The notes under the pieces: model-generated
What the model saw: only the letters and a program-made list of their open reading frames with translations
The model's database searches: none
What the model was told of the DNA's origin: nothing
NCBI RefSeq assembly: GCF_963921235.1
Contig: NC_086108.1
Coordinates: forward strand, 60,824,001-60,888,000
Direction of reading: 5' to 3'
DNA: 64,000 nt
DNA from: Mobula hypostoma
Taxonomy: Eukaryota
Position numbers and translations under genes: made by a program
Shown: positions 25,723-38,936 of the stretch, piece by piece
Layout of the letters: the number at the start of each line of letters is the position of its first letter
How positions within the stretch are numbered: position 1 is the stretch's first letter

Positions 25723-27088
25723 TAGACATATTGTCTAATGAGGAAAGGTTAGACTGGTTAAACTTGAATCTGCTGGAGTTTAATTGAATCATAAGATTCT
25801 GAGGGGCTTTGAGAGTCTGGATATGGAGAAGATGTTTTGTCATGTGAGACGTCTTTAGGTTATGTTGGTTGTTAATACAGGCGATGCATTTCACTGCATG
25901 TTTCAATGTACATATGATAAATAAATGAATCTGAAAATCTAGAAATAGGATTCACTGCTTAAAAGTAAGGTGTTAACTATTTAAGAAAGATGAGGTTTTT
26001 TCCTAATGGTTGTAAGCCTTTTGAAGTCAATTCCCAAAGGTTAATGGAAGCAGTCTTTGAATATTTTTAAGTCTGAGCGAATAGATACTTGCTAAAGCAA
26101 AGAGGATAAAGATTTAAAGGTATATGTGTGAATCTACAGTTGAGGTGAGGTTGCTGTTTGATAAACCATGCAAAACTAATGAGTGGCCTAGTACAGCTGC
26201 AAATTTGAACACCGGCACCTGTTATTTGGCTTTTGATTCTACCATGTTTCTGTTCCTTGAGTTGCCATGTGTTTGGAAGTTACTCCGTATCTCCTTCATT
26301 GAGAATGCTCATGATCGTAATTTGTCACACCATGCTTTTGTTGAAGGAGTACATTTGAATTAAATCCAGTATCTCAATGTTAATATTGTGAACAGAAAAC
26401 TTCATCAAAAGTTTAGAAATGCCTTTTTATAGGATGCCCAAAACTGAATACATTTTCAAATATTTCAGACTGGTGTTACCTATTAGCTTTCATATATTTT
26501 AAGAATGAGCTTGGATGTGTCATATGTTTTTCTGGCATTTTTATATCTTAATTGGTTTTTAAAATCTCTTATTTATGTACCTTGCCCTGTGTATTGAGAA
26601 TATAATTGAGGTCATATTCTCAATTCAAGTTTAAAATCTAAAGTGTGCTAGCTGGTTGGTTTACCTATAATTTCACGATTCTTTAGTTCTCTGTATTACG
26701 GGGTGCCATGTGTAAAATTAGGTGTCCTTCCTACTTTTAAATATTCTGTTGATCTTCTCTGCTTGTCTTTTTCTTTTGTTTTCACTAATTCTTCCAGTCA
26801 TTAGTATATTCATATATATTGTTGTCTATTTGTAACGTGTATCTTTTTGGCACTGTACTTGTTTTAAAGAAAAACCACCTCCAGCAGGCTCTAATTCCTG
26901 AATATTTGTTTTGTTAGAGAAACTGTAGCTACCTGATGTTTAATTTAGTTTCTTGTTTATATTCAGAATTACATATTTTGGTGTAAAAGATTTTTAATGA
27001 TTGTTGAAATAGGCAACAATTCACACATTGTAATACTGCCTGAAATCTACCATGTAGTAATGATTGTCTTCACCCAAAAATAATGGTT

Positions 27089-27262
27089 TAAACATAGGAA
27101 CATAGAAAATAGGTGCAGGAGTAGGCCATTCGGCCCTTTGAGCCTGCACTGCCATTCAGTATGATCATGGCTGATCATCCAACTCAGAACCCTGTACTTG
27201 CCTTCTCTCCATACCCCCTGATCCCTTTAGCCACAAGGGCCATAACTAACTCCCTCTTAAAA
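27089..27262 (-). mobile_element. CR1 3' end
   Basis: aacatagaaaataggtgcaggagtaggccattcggccc tail. Confidence 0.7.
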
Positions 27263-27662
27263 CTCAGGTGACTATCAAACAGCAATGTCTTGTTTATTTA
27301 AAAATGCAAACAACAGGAATTCTGCAGATGCTGGAAATTCAAGCAACACACATCAAAGTTGCTAGTGAACGCAGCAGGCCAGGCAGCATCTCTAGGAAGA
27401 GGTACAGTCGATGTTTCAGGCCGAGACCCTTCGTCACTGCGTCCGGTGCTCCCGATGTGGCCTTCTATATATTGGCGAGACCCGACGCAGACTGGGAGAC
27501 CGCTTTGCTGAACACCTACGCTCTGTCCGCCAGAGAAAGCAGGATCTCCCAGTGGCCACACATTTTAATTCCGCATCCCATTCCCATTCTGATATGTCTA
27601 TCCATGGCCTCCTCTACTGTAAAGATGAAGCCACACTCAGGTTGGAGGAACACCTTATATTC

Positions 27663-27694
27663 CTGACGAAGGGTCTCGGCCTGAAACGTCGACT
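27663..27694 (+). ncRNA. minimal hammerhead ribozyme motif 1
   Basis: CTGACGA-A-GGGT ctcg GCCT-GAAA-C-GTC-GACT; the 5' strand of stem I is truncated. Confidence 0.6.
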
Positions 27695-27802
27695 ATCACT
27701 TGTCCAGCTCTTCGCTCCATCCCTCCCCTTCCTGTCTTCTCCTATCATTTTGGATTCCCCCCCCCCCACCACTTTTAAATCTCTTACTAACTCTTCCTTC
27801 AG

Positions 27803-27840
27803 TTAGTCCTGACGAAGGGTCTCGGCCTGAAACGTTGACT
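27803..27840 (+). ncRNA. minimal hammerhead ribozyme motif 2
   Basis: ttAGTC-CTGACGA-A-GGGT ctcg GCCT-GAAA-C-GTT-GACT; stem I is AGTC/GACT. Confidence 0.65.
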
Positions 27841-28931
27841 GTAGCTCTTCCTAGAGACGCTGCCTGGCCTGCTGTGTTCACCAGCAACTTTAATGTGTGT
27901 TGCATGTCTTGTTTATTGTTTTTTTCTATGGAGGAGGGTCCTTGTTAGTGGGACTGCTCTCTGGAGCTGAGAATCAAATACCACCTTCTGCATATCAGAA
28001 AACCTGCTTTCAAATGAATTTGAATCCATAGATGTTCATACTTGTCCTTATAATTCTGTCCTGATTTATGTGCAATAATTTGTATATGCATTAAAAGCAT
28101 CCAAGGTGCTACACAGGAGATATGAGGGCAGATGAGTAGAGGGAACTTTCGAGGACCTCTTTTTAATCCTTTAATATGCATCTCAAAATGACCTTAAAGT
28201 GGAGCTAAACTGCCGTTGTAAGTCACAGGCACCCTTTTGGTGATGGCCTTCTCACATTACTGCTAGGTAAACAGGAAAGAATCGCAGCACATTTCCAAGC
28301 TTGTGAAACCTGCACCTGCTGCCCTTAGTAGTAGTAATGGTATAGGATTGTGAGCTGCTGTTGACTAAACTTGTGATTTATTGCTGTATGTTGATTGAAT
28401 CAACTAACGTCAGGGACAAGTACATGAAGGGTGAGGGGCTTTTGTATTTAGAGTGGGTGTTGAAAAGGGTACTAAATAAGATACGATATATACGATAACA
28501 AGACTTTCATGATTTGGAAGTAGGTCACTTGTTGAAGAACATACATCCTCCTGAGGAATTGGGTGTTGTAGTGTGGGAAAAATGTTCAATGAGGAAATTT
28601 ATAATTAATACCCTTAATAATTAAAGCTTGTTATATTCAAACTTCTTTGCTATAATAAATGTGGCTTGGGTTTTGTGTTCATTGGTAGAATCTGATTTAT
28701 TACTACTGACGTATGTCATGAAATTTGTTGTATTGTGCACCAGTACAATGTAGGACGTAAAAAAATACTATGAATTGCTATAAGAAATAAAATAATTCCA
28801 AAATGTAAAGTGAGGCAATGTACATGAGTTTATGGATCTTTCAGAAATCTGGTGGAGGGGAAGAAATTTCTTGAAGTATTATTGAGTGTGCGCCTTCAGG
28901 TTCCTGTATAGTGTTCACCGATTATCTCAAA

Positions 28932-29551
28932 GGCTGGAGGAGGAGATAGCAGTGCGCCGTGCGTGCGCAGCCCTCCGGTGAAATGATATCGTATCCATTA
29001 AATAGGGGCCGTGGACAATTCTGATTTGATGGAGACAGACGTGAAAGCACAGAGGAACATCTGGAGAAGTTTCTGAAACGCAGGTTCGCTGCTGTTGTTA
29101 CTGCGTGATTCAGAATCTTCCAGAGGGAAGGCCTCAAAATCCCCTGCTTTGCCTGCTGTTGGTGACCGAGATGAAGGTCGAATTGTTTGGATAGAGATGG
29201 TGCTCGGTACTCGGTATCGGAGAGCTGATCGGAGGCTCGATGTTTTCGGACGACTCAGAGTTGGACTGTGGTCGGGCATGGCAGGGAGAGTTTTTCTTCC
29301 TTCTCCCTTCTGCATGAGATGTGGGACATTTGAGAGACTGAACTTTTTACTGTGCCATGGACTGTTCTTCATCAAGTTATGGTATTGTTGCTCTGTTGTA
29401 ACTATATGTTATAATTATGTGGTTTTGTTAAGTTTTTTCAGTCTTGGTCTGTCCTGTGTTTTGTGATATCACACCGGAGGAAATATTGTATCATTTCTTA
29501 ATGCATGCACTACTAAATGACAATAAAAGAGGACTGCATGTCTTCATAATC
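28932..29551 (+). mobile_element. short non-autonomous retroelement, copy 3 (prkaa2 intron 2)
   Basis: Collinear with the reverse complement of 6385-7005. Confidence 0.85.
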
Positions 29552-30207
29552 TAAAAAAAAGAAAGCTGCCCATAAAATTTTATGGTGTTGATTTCCTTAA
29601 TTGCAGTGCAACATATGGTCTAATGTATCCTGAGTGTGGGGGTGGGGGAAGGTGAGTGTCATATTAAAACAATAATATCATCAAGAAACTGAACAGACAG
29701 TCAGGTTGACAATTTCTCTCTCAGCAGTTCAGGAAGTAAAATGAGCAGATTTCGATTAGATTTTTACTCATTTTATACAAAATAAAGATTGGGACAAGCA
29801 TGAGATGAAGGTAGTTAATATATTTAAAATTAAAATAATATTAAAACATTAAAATTTTAAAATCTTGGAATAGAGAGAATAGCATTCAACATTATTAAAT
29901 CATTTTGATGGGACCAGTGAGATTTTCCTGTATTAGTTATTACTTAAGATCTGAACTATCCATTATTGAATAATGTTTAGAAATACCAACATTTTCACAG
30001 CAAGGATAGAAGTTAACAGATCATTACCTTTACATTGATTACATCTGCAAAAGCTACAGAAGTGCTCCCTGTAGAAAATCAGGGTATCATCAATGGCATC
30101 CTCTGTTGTTTACTGGAAGTTTCTGTCAATTTTACACTTTGTGAGTTCTTGCACTTTTGTTGTCACTTACAATGGCTAATTTCAGGCCAATTATTTACAT
30201 TTCCTGA

Positions 30208-30441
<234 letters not shown>

Positions 30442-30876
30442 TAGGATTGCATGTGTCATTTTTTTTTCATCCGTTCAACCTATTGGTAGATAGACAGGAA
30501 TTCATGTTCTTAATTTCCTTGGTGATATGTGTAACTGTTTCAATCCATAACTGCAAACTAATCTGTAAATCCTGCCATTGACAAATGGTTTTGTGAATAT
30601 ACCTAAGATGCAGTCTTACAAAGAAATCTATCTACTGTATAATTTTTTTTTGCCACCTTATATGCTCTTGCTTCCCCAAATTTTCCAACTGACTGCTAAA
30701 AATAATCCTCTCTCAATTTAGAAAAGAACCTTCAAAGGAGAGTGGGTAATTTTCAACATTCATGTTGGTGTTTATGCAAGAGTATTTTGTGTGACTTTCC
30801 TGCATTAATGTTATTTATTTCTGTAACTGATTTCGGACCTTCTGCTGTGATAATGCCCGTTTTCACTTTGCTGTAG

Positions 30877-31026
<150 letters not shown>

Positions 31027-32049
31027 TGACCCCTGGGGCATGTGGAGAATGTGTCAGACAGCAGTTAAATGTTCCAGAGCTGTGAAGTTATGTTTTCAGC
31101 CAAGTGTGTCAAGAATACAAGACACAACTCTTAAGTTGTTTCACGCAGGTGTTATAATATAGTATGAAGTGCAATGGTCATTGGTAATTGGTAGATAAAA
31201 TGGGTTGCCATCACTGGTGCATTATAAATAAATATTTTTATCTGCCTGTGGTAATTGGAGTTTGTGAATAAGGATTTGAATATTTGGGGAATTTGAAACT
31301 GTTTTGTAATGAGAGAGATCTTATTCTGTCTGCTGCAATCATCTATTAGAACGTGGCATAAACATATTTTGCTTATCTTATTTCTGTCGCTCTGGAATAG
31401 ATTTTGAGACTGCGTAATTTTAATTTGTGAATGGGAATGTCCCATGGCAGTGAAGGTTGATTATATTAGTCAAGTGATTTTAAGACCACAGTAACAATTT
31501 TTATATGCTTCCTTGATGCACGTGTTCTATGCTTAGCCCAGCAGCACCTGAGCTTTTGGGTAAATGCAATTAAATACTCAGTATGAACCTAATTTGTGAA
31601 GAATCTTCTGCAATCAGAGATAATTCATAATTTGGGAAGACCTGGAGAGAAAATGTGGAAAATCCAATTAGATGATTACACCATTATAAGACTGTTGCAG
31701 AAAATTGAGAATTTTATTTTAGAAAAGACCGGAAGTTCATTTTCAGACAAACAAATGTAAAGAACATGTTTCTGCCTGGAATGCAGAGTCATTAGTGGAA
31801 ATTGATAAGATTTTGAAGCAAAAAGAAAATGGCATTTGATATTTGGTCATGTTTCATTGCAAATGTTAATTACATGAAGATTTTTTTTTGTTCAAATTAG
31901 AAAAAAACAAAAGTGGAAAATGGTGTAAATGGACTTGTGAAAGATGCTACCTACATTTTTTTTTTGTTTATTGCTGTAATATGAAGAATTTATGTCTGGA
32001 ATACAAATCTCAAGGAGCGTAGCATAACTTAAAAGGACCCAGCTGCTGA

Positions 32050-32163
<114 letters not shown>

Positions 32164-33109
32164 TAAGATCTATCTCTATCATATCTTCATGTTTGATTCA
32201 ATCACTTTTTCTTCTTGGGTATTCATTGTAGATAGAATAACTTTTCTATCCAATTGATTCCCATTGATGTCTTCTGGTATATTTTCACATCAGCAATATA
32301 AATGCCACTTATAATGTTCCTATTTTGCTGTTATTATTCTGCTCTTGAAAGATCCTGAATTAATTTATTTTGAGTTGAAAATGTTAGAAATCGCAGTATC
32401 TTAAGTGTATGTATTTCTTGTCTCGATATGATATAACTGGATATAGAGAAAATTTACCTGTTAGTACTGAACCAGGAATGCTCAAACTTCAGAAGAGCAT
32501 TATTATATTTTCTTTAGATATATTGATCATTATGTTTGGCTGGTTTAATGCAAATACTAATTTGGCTGCTGTCCATGTCTTTTATTCTGTGATTATTGTT
32601 AATTTAAAATAGTTTTGAGGTCACCCAGACTCATTTGAAATCGTACTTTTGAAATTGGCATAGATTGTTAATGTATGATTGCTTTATTTGTATGAAAGTT
32701 GTCATTTATTACTGTTTGAAACTCTGTTCTCAGCTTGTCTGTGTCAGCTTATGTAGAAGACTTGAAACTATCCAGTGTGAACCAGGTTATTTTAGTTTCT
32801 TGACTGGCTCATCATAAATGCCTTTTGATTAGATTGCACAGAATTTCCTGCCTCTGTCTGTGACACAGGTAGTGCAGAGTACGTCTCCGTGTTCCCCATC
32901 ACATAAAAGTGCAACAACTTAGGGTTAATGAGGCAAATGACAAAAGAGAATGGTATGAAATCTTGAGCAGTGAAGAGTCAATCACTCCTGATAAGAAAGC
33001 TGGGAAAGTTAATGGTAACAGACTTGACATTTGCTTCTTTTTACACAGTTCTCAAGACATTGAAGAAGGCCATTTGACCCATTGAGCCTAGGTAGGAAGG
33101 AAGCTCTCA

Positions 33110-33910
33110 TGCAGAATTATGAAGAGCTCAGTGCAAAACTGAGAAACAGAACCACAAGGGTGATAACCTCCAAATTACTATTTAAACCTCATACAAATTA
33201 GCAAAATATAAATAGGATTAAAGAGGTAAAAGATTGACTCAAAGTGTGGTGTGGTAGAAATAGCTTTTGATTCATGGAACACTGGCACCAGTACTGGGAA
33301 AGGAGAGAGCTGTTTAGTTGGCCTCACTTGAATTGTGCTTGTAGTAAAGTCCTGTCAAATTGTACAAATAGAGTTGTAGAGATTCAAAAATGAAATGTTT
33401 AATAAATCAAGAGGAAATGAGAGAGCAGTGACACAGGATCGAGAGGAGGAAATTGATAAGCAAAATATGACAGGCTGGAACAGAAATAATAAACAGAAGT
33501 ATACAAGTTAGAGTAAATCCAACCTTAAAAAACCATAACAATTCAAAGTTTAATAATCTTTATTAGAAAGCATGTAGTATTTGAAAAAGGTAGATGAGTT
33601 GATGGCATTGATGGGAACGTAGCCAAGGTGCTCAATTTTCAAGGCTATATGATGTTCCAACGGAATAAAGGAAATAAGCATTTTTAATCAAGGAAGGTTT
33701 CAGTGTGGTGTTGAGTCATGATATAGAGGCAGTGGATAGTAATATAGAATCAGTTTCGATTGAAAGCATAATTACCAAAGGAAAGAAAATATGGGTGTGA
33801 GTAGGCTATAGGCTACCAAAATGTAACCACTCAATAGAAAGGGCAGACCATAAGTGGAGAAATATCTAGGTCAGGACATAGTTGAAGGGAATTGTAATGG
33901 GAATATAACA
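33110..33910 (+). mobile_element. very old CR1 remnant (end of ORF1, start of endonuclease)
   Basis: ggcaccagtactgggaaaggagagagctgttt and ctataggctaccaaa resemble CR1 ORF1 and endonuclease segments. Confidence 0.45.
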
Positions 33911-34172
33911 GTCACATAATGATTGTATGTATTAAACAGACAATGTAAAATTAAGAATTTCACCTCATCAGTCTTGAAATGGGAAATTTTTTTAAGTCTT
34001 ATTATGGGAAATTCTTCTCTGGGAGTTGAGTCTTTAAAACTCTTCCTTCTAAAAGTTTTTGAATACTTTTAGGGTAGAGACAGATTTTGGTAAGTAAGGA
34101 GTGAAATGTAAATTTAGGTAGCTAGGATTGTAGAGCTAAGGTTGCAATCAGATCAACTATGTTCTCAAATCC

Positions 34173-35175
34173 TTGTGCAGCTGGATCCTGGACTTCCTGT
34201 CAGATCACCAGCAGGTTGTAATAGTGGGCTTCCTCACCTCCAACCCTCAGACTCTCGATACAGGAGCCCCTCAGTGCTGGCTCCTGAGTCCCCTCCTTTA
34301 CTCCCTGTGTACCCATGACTGTATCACCACCCACAGCTCCAATCTGCTCATTAAATTTGCTGATGACACCTCATTGATTGGCCTTATCTCAAACAATAAG
34401 GAGGCGGCCTACAGGGAAGAAGTCATCTCTCTGACACAGTGGTGTCAAGAAAACAACCTCTCCCTCAATGTCGCAAAACAAAGGAGCTGGTTGTGGATTA
34501 CAGGAGGAATGGAGACGAGCTAACCTCTAATGGATCTGGGGTCGAGAGGGTAAACATTTTCAAGTTCCTTGACATCCACATCACCGAGGACCTCACATGG
34601 TCTGTACACACCAGCTGTATGGTGAAAAAGGCACAACAGCACCTTTTTCACTTTAGATGGTTGAGGAAGTTTGGTATGGGCCCCCAAATCCTAAGAACTT
34701 ACTACAGGAGCATAATTAAGAGCATCCTGACTGGCTGTATCACTGCCTGGTTATGGGAACTGTACCTCCCTTAATTGCAGGACTCTGCAGAGAGTGGTGT
34801 GGACAGCCCAGCGCATCTAGTTGTGAACTTACCGTGATTCAGGATATTTACAAGGACAGGTGTGTAAAAAGGGCCTGTAGTATCGCTGGGGACCCAAGTC
34901 ATCCCAACCACAATCTATTCCAGCTGCTACCATCCAGGAAGTGGTACCGCAGCATAAAAGCCAGGACCACCAGGTTCCAGGACAGTTTCTTCCACCAGGC
35001 CATCAGGCTGATGAACTCACACTGATTTGAGTGTACTCTATATTACATAGACTGTTCTATTTAGTATAAATTATTATAAATTACTATGATTGCACATGGC
35101 ACATTTAGAAGGAGACGCAACAAAGATTTTTACTCCTTGTGTATGTGAAGGATGTAAGAAATAAAGTCAATTCAA
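34173..35175 (+). mobile_element. Rex1/Babar-like LINE 3' kilobase
   Basis: [65 protein letters not shown] and tail. Confidence 0.85.
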
Positions 35176-35436
35176 AACTACAGGGTAGTTCCTGGTGTCT
35201 AACTCTTGCTCTTAATTTGTATGTTTGGAAAGAATTGGCAATATTGGAACTTTTTATGAATGTAACATGGATATATGTTTCTTTTATTGTAATAGTGGAT
35301 TAAATTGGAAAATAGTGACAAAATCAAGATGGATTCTTTGCATGTTAACACGTCATAAGTTCAAAATAAACTTGCAGTTTCAAATGGCAAAAAAAACATT
35401 TTTAACAAAAGTAATGTTGAAAAGACTATTCATGTA

Positions 35437-38010
35437 GTGGCCTGACTAATCAGGGACAGTATCACAGCTGCACTCAGAGGGGACATGATGGAAGGTTTGT
35501 CCACTGATTCTATATGGGTAGAACTCAAAATTAGGAAGGGTGCAATCACTCTGATGGGATTGTGCTACAGATCTCCCCAGAGACACCGGGGCATTGAGGA
35601 ACAGTATACAGGCGGATTAAGAAAAGGTGTCAAAACAGAAGGGTTTTTGTCATGGAGGACTCCAACTTCCCTAATATAAACTAGGACCTTCTTGGTGCAA
35701 GTGGATTAGATGGGGCAGAATTTGTTCAAGAAGAGTGGGGGCTATACTGGATCTGGTGTTGACTAATGAACCTGGCCAGGTAACCGAACTTTCAGTGGGT
35801 GAGCAATTAGGAAACAGTGACCACAACTCCTTAAGTTGTAAGAAAGCTATAGATAAGGACCTTGCAGGAGAATATTAAAGTGGCGCAGGGCAAATTATGA
35901 GAATATTCAACAGGAACTAGGGAGAGTTAATTGGGAACAGCTATAAAGTCCACATCTGGCATGTGGAGGGTGTTAAAAGTCCAACAGCACAGAGTGCAGG
36001 ACGGGTATGTTCCAGTCAGAAGGAAGGATTTGGATGTGGAGGGAGACGATGAATTTGGTCAAGAAGAAGAAGGAAAAGTATGTAAAGCTTAGGAAGCTAG
36101 AATCAAACAGAGCCCTGGATGATTATAAAGAAGACAGAAAAGAACTCTGGAAGAAAATTGGGAAAGCCATGAGGGACTATGAATAGTTCATGGCAAGTAG
36201 CATTAAAGAGATCCCAAGGGATTTAGTACTTACGTGAATGAAGAGCAAGAGGATAACTAGTGAGTGGGTGGGACCACTAAAGGACAAATGGGGGAATATT
36301 TGCTTGGATGCGAAGGATGTGAGTGCTATCCTTAATAATTACCTTACATCATTATTTACCAAGGAGAAGGATGTGGAGAATAGGGAGATCAGCATTGTAA
36401 GTATTCATATGCTAGGACATTTGGAGGTAAAGCAGGAGAAGGTGTTTGGTCTCTTAAAAAGCATTAAGGTGGATAAGTCCCCAGAACCTGATGGGATATA
36501 CCTCAGGTTATTGAGAGAGGCAAAAGATGAGATTGCTGGGGCCTTGACCAATATCTTTGTGTCCTCTCTAGCCACAAGCGAGTAGGGGCTCATGTTGTAT
36601 CATTATTCAAGAAGAGAACCAGCGATAATTCTGGAAAATGTAGACCGGTGAGCCTCACATCAGTGGTAGGGAAGTTATTGAGAACTTTTAGGGGTAGGAT
36701 TTATGAGAATTTGGAAAGTTGTGGCCTAATTAGGGAGAGCCAGCATGGCTTTGTGCAGGGCAAGTCATGTCTTACTAACTTGATTGGGTTTTTTCACAAG
36801 GTGATGCAGGTGATTGATGAAGGTAGCACTATGGATGTTGTTTACATTGATTTTAGTAAGGCAATTGACAAGGTCCCTCATGGGAGTCTCATCCAGAGAT
36901 GCATGGGATTAATGGTGAATCAGTTGTTCGGATTTAGAGCTGGTTTGCCCGTAGAAGACAGGGTGGTAGTTGAAGGGACTTATTCTTGCTGGAGGTCTGT
37001 GATTAGTGAAGGTCTGTAAGGATCTGTATTATGAGTTCTGCTGTTTATGATGTATGTAATTGATCTGTATGAAAATATAGAGGGGCAGGTTAGTAGTTTG
37101 CAGATGATATTAAGACTGGTGGTGTTGTGGATAGTGTAGATGGCTGGCAAATAATACAGCAGGATATAGATCAGTTGTAGATATGGGCAGAGAAGTAGTA
37201 GATGGAGTTTAATCTGGCCAAATGTGAAGTGTTGTACCTTGGTAGGCCAAATGTAAAGAGAGAGTACACTGTTATGGGCAAGATCTATAACAGAGTTGAT
37301 GAGCAAAGATATCTTAGTGTCCAGGTTTGTAGCTCATGCTACACAGGTTGATAGGGTGGTTAAGAAGCATGTTTGTCTTTATATTGAATTCAAAAATCAG
37401 GAAGTTATGGTGCAGTTTTATAAAACTCGAATTAGGCCACATCTGCATACAGTTCAGGTTGCCCAATTATAGGAAGAATGTCAAGGCTTTGGAGAGGGTG
37501 CAGATGATGTTTACCAGGACGATGCCTGGATTAGAGGACATGTGCAGTAATGAGAGGTTGGACAAACTTGGGTTGTTTTCTCTGGCATGGTGGAGGCGAA
37601 GAGGAGATCTGATCGAAACAATCTGATAATCTATAATTATGATAATTATACTCTTTAAGATCATGAAAGGCATAGATAGAAGAGTTAGACAGTATCTTTT
37701 TCCCATGGTTGAAAGGTCTGATACCAGAAGGCTTACATTTAAGGTGAGAGCAGGATAATTTTAAAGGAAATGTGAGGGGCAAGGTTCTTAACATGGAGTG
37801 GTGGCTGCTTGGGGTGGTGGTAGAGGCAGTCACATTAGGGACTTTTAAGAGACCTTTAGCTAGGAACATAAATGTGAGGAAAATGAAGGGATATGAACAT
37901 CGAGTAGGCAGAAGAGTTTAGTTGACCACTTGATTACTAATTTAATTGGTTTGGCAAAACATTATGGTCTGAAGGGCCTGTTCCTGTGCTGTACTGTCCT
38001 AAGTTCTATT
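35437..38010 (+). mobile_element. CR1 LINE ORF2 (endonuclease to 3' end), decayed
   Basis: SIWVEL..YRSP; IKVDKSP.PDGIY; SQHGFV.GKSCLTNL..VYIDFSKA.DKVPH; 3' tail gggcctgttcctgtgctgta. Confidence 0.9.
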
Positions 38011-38936
38011 CCGTATAACTCTATTGTTACTTCATAATATAACATACATAGATTCATATAATAATGCAAATTACTTCAGTATTTAACATTCTCTTTCAGA
38101 GGCAAACCACTATCCAGTATGAAGTTGTGCAAATGTAAATTGTTCTGTAAATTTTCCAGGAATATACTACCATTTCCATTTTTCTCTAGGTTGTCTCTTT
38201 CGAGCAGATGTTTTTCTGGCAGTTTACTGGAAGGAGCTGGCAGATAAAAACTTGCAACAGTTACAATAGTCGAATCATGAGCTAAGTATTAGTTTCTTCC
38301 TGAAATAAGAGACTAATTCTTATGCTTTTTTATGTTGGTTGCACATCAAACTTAATAATATAACAATATCAAGTTGCCTTTCAATATTGAGTACTCTACT
38401 TATGCTGGAGGAAATTTTGATGTTATGGTAATTGAAAATCAAAAGAAACTGCTGATTTTAGAAATATAAAAATAAAACAATGCTGGGAAAATCTGTCTGT
38501 CAGGCAGTATTTGTGAGGGAAAAACAGCATTAATATTTTAGGCTCAGTTGTTTGTTTATATTCCTGATGGGTTTGCAGTACCAATAAATATTTTGAATTT
38601 TGCATTGCACAAAAGAGGAGTTAATAGTAATCTCTTGTACCTTTATTTTGTGGATAGTACTTTGGAAGTATTTTGTCTCTTCTATATCTGTTCCCTCATC
38701 CATACCATACTCTTCACTCAGAACTAAGGGTGCACATTCAGTCTTTTTAAGACCAAAAGTATCTATCCTTAAAACAAGCTGACAGCTTTGTGGACCAACT
38801 TCTGAAACTACCCTGATGTGAAACTGGGATTTTAGTCGAAGCCATAGGATGTCTTCCTTAATGGAATAGCTCCTACACTTTCCTACATGTGTTTTTATTT
38901 CATTGGAATTATATACTGTTATTTTTTGCAACATCT

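Larger units (their letters stand above)
27309..27903 (+). mobile_element. Penelope-like element remnant: inverted terminal segment, GIY-YIG endonuclease fragment and tandem terminal repeats
   Basis: CSRCGLLYIGETRRRLGDRFAEH...PVATHFN..SH...LRLEEHLIF. The segment ~27343-27436 is an inverted copy of ~27810-27903. Confidence 0.85.
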
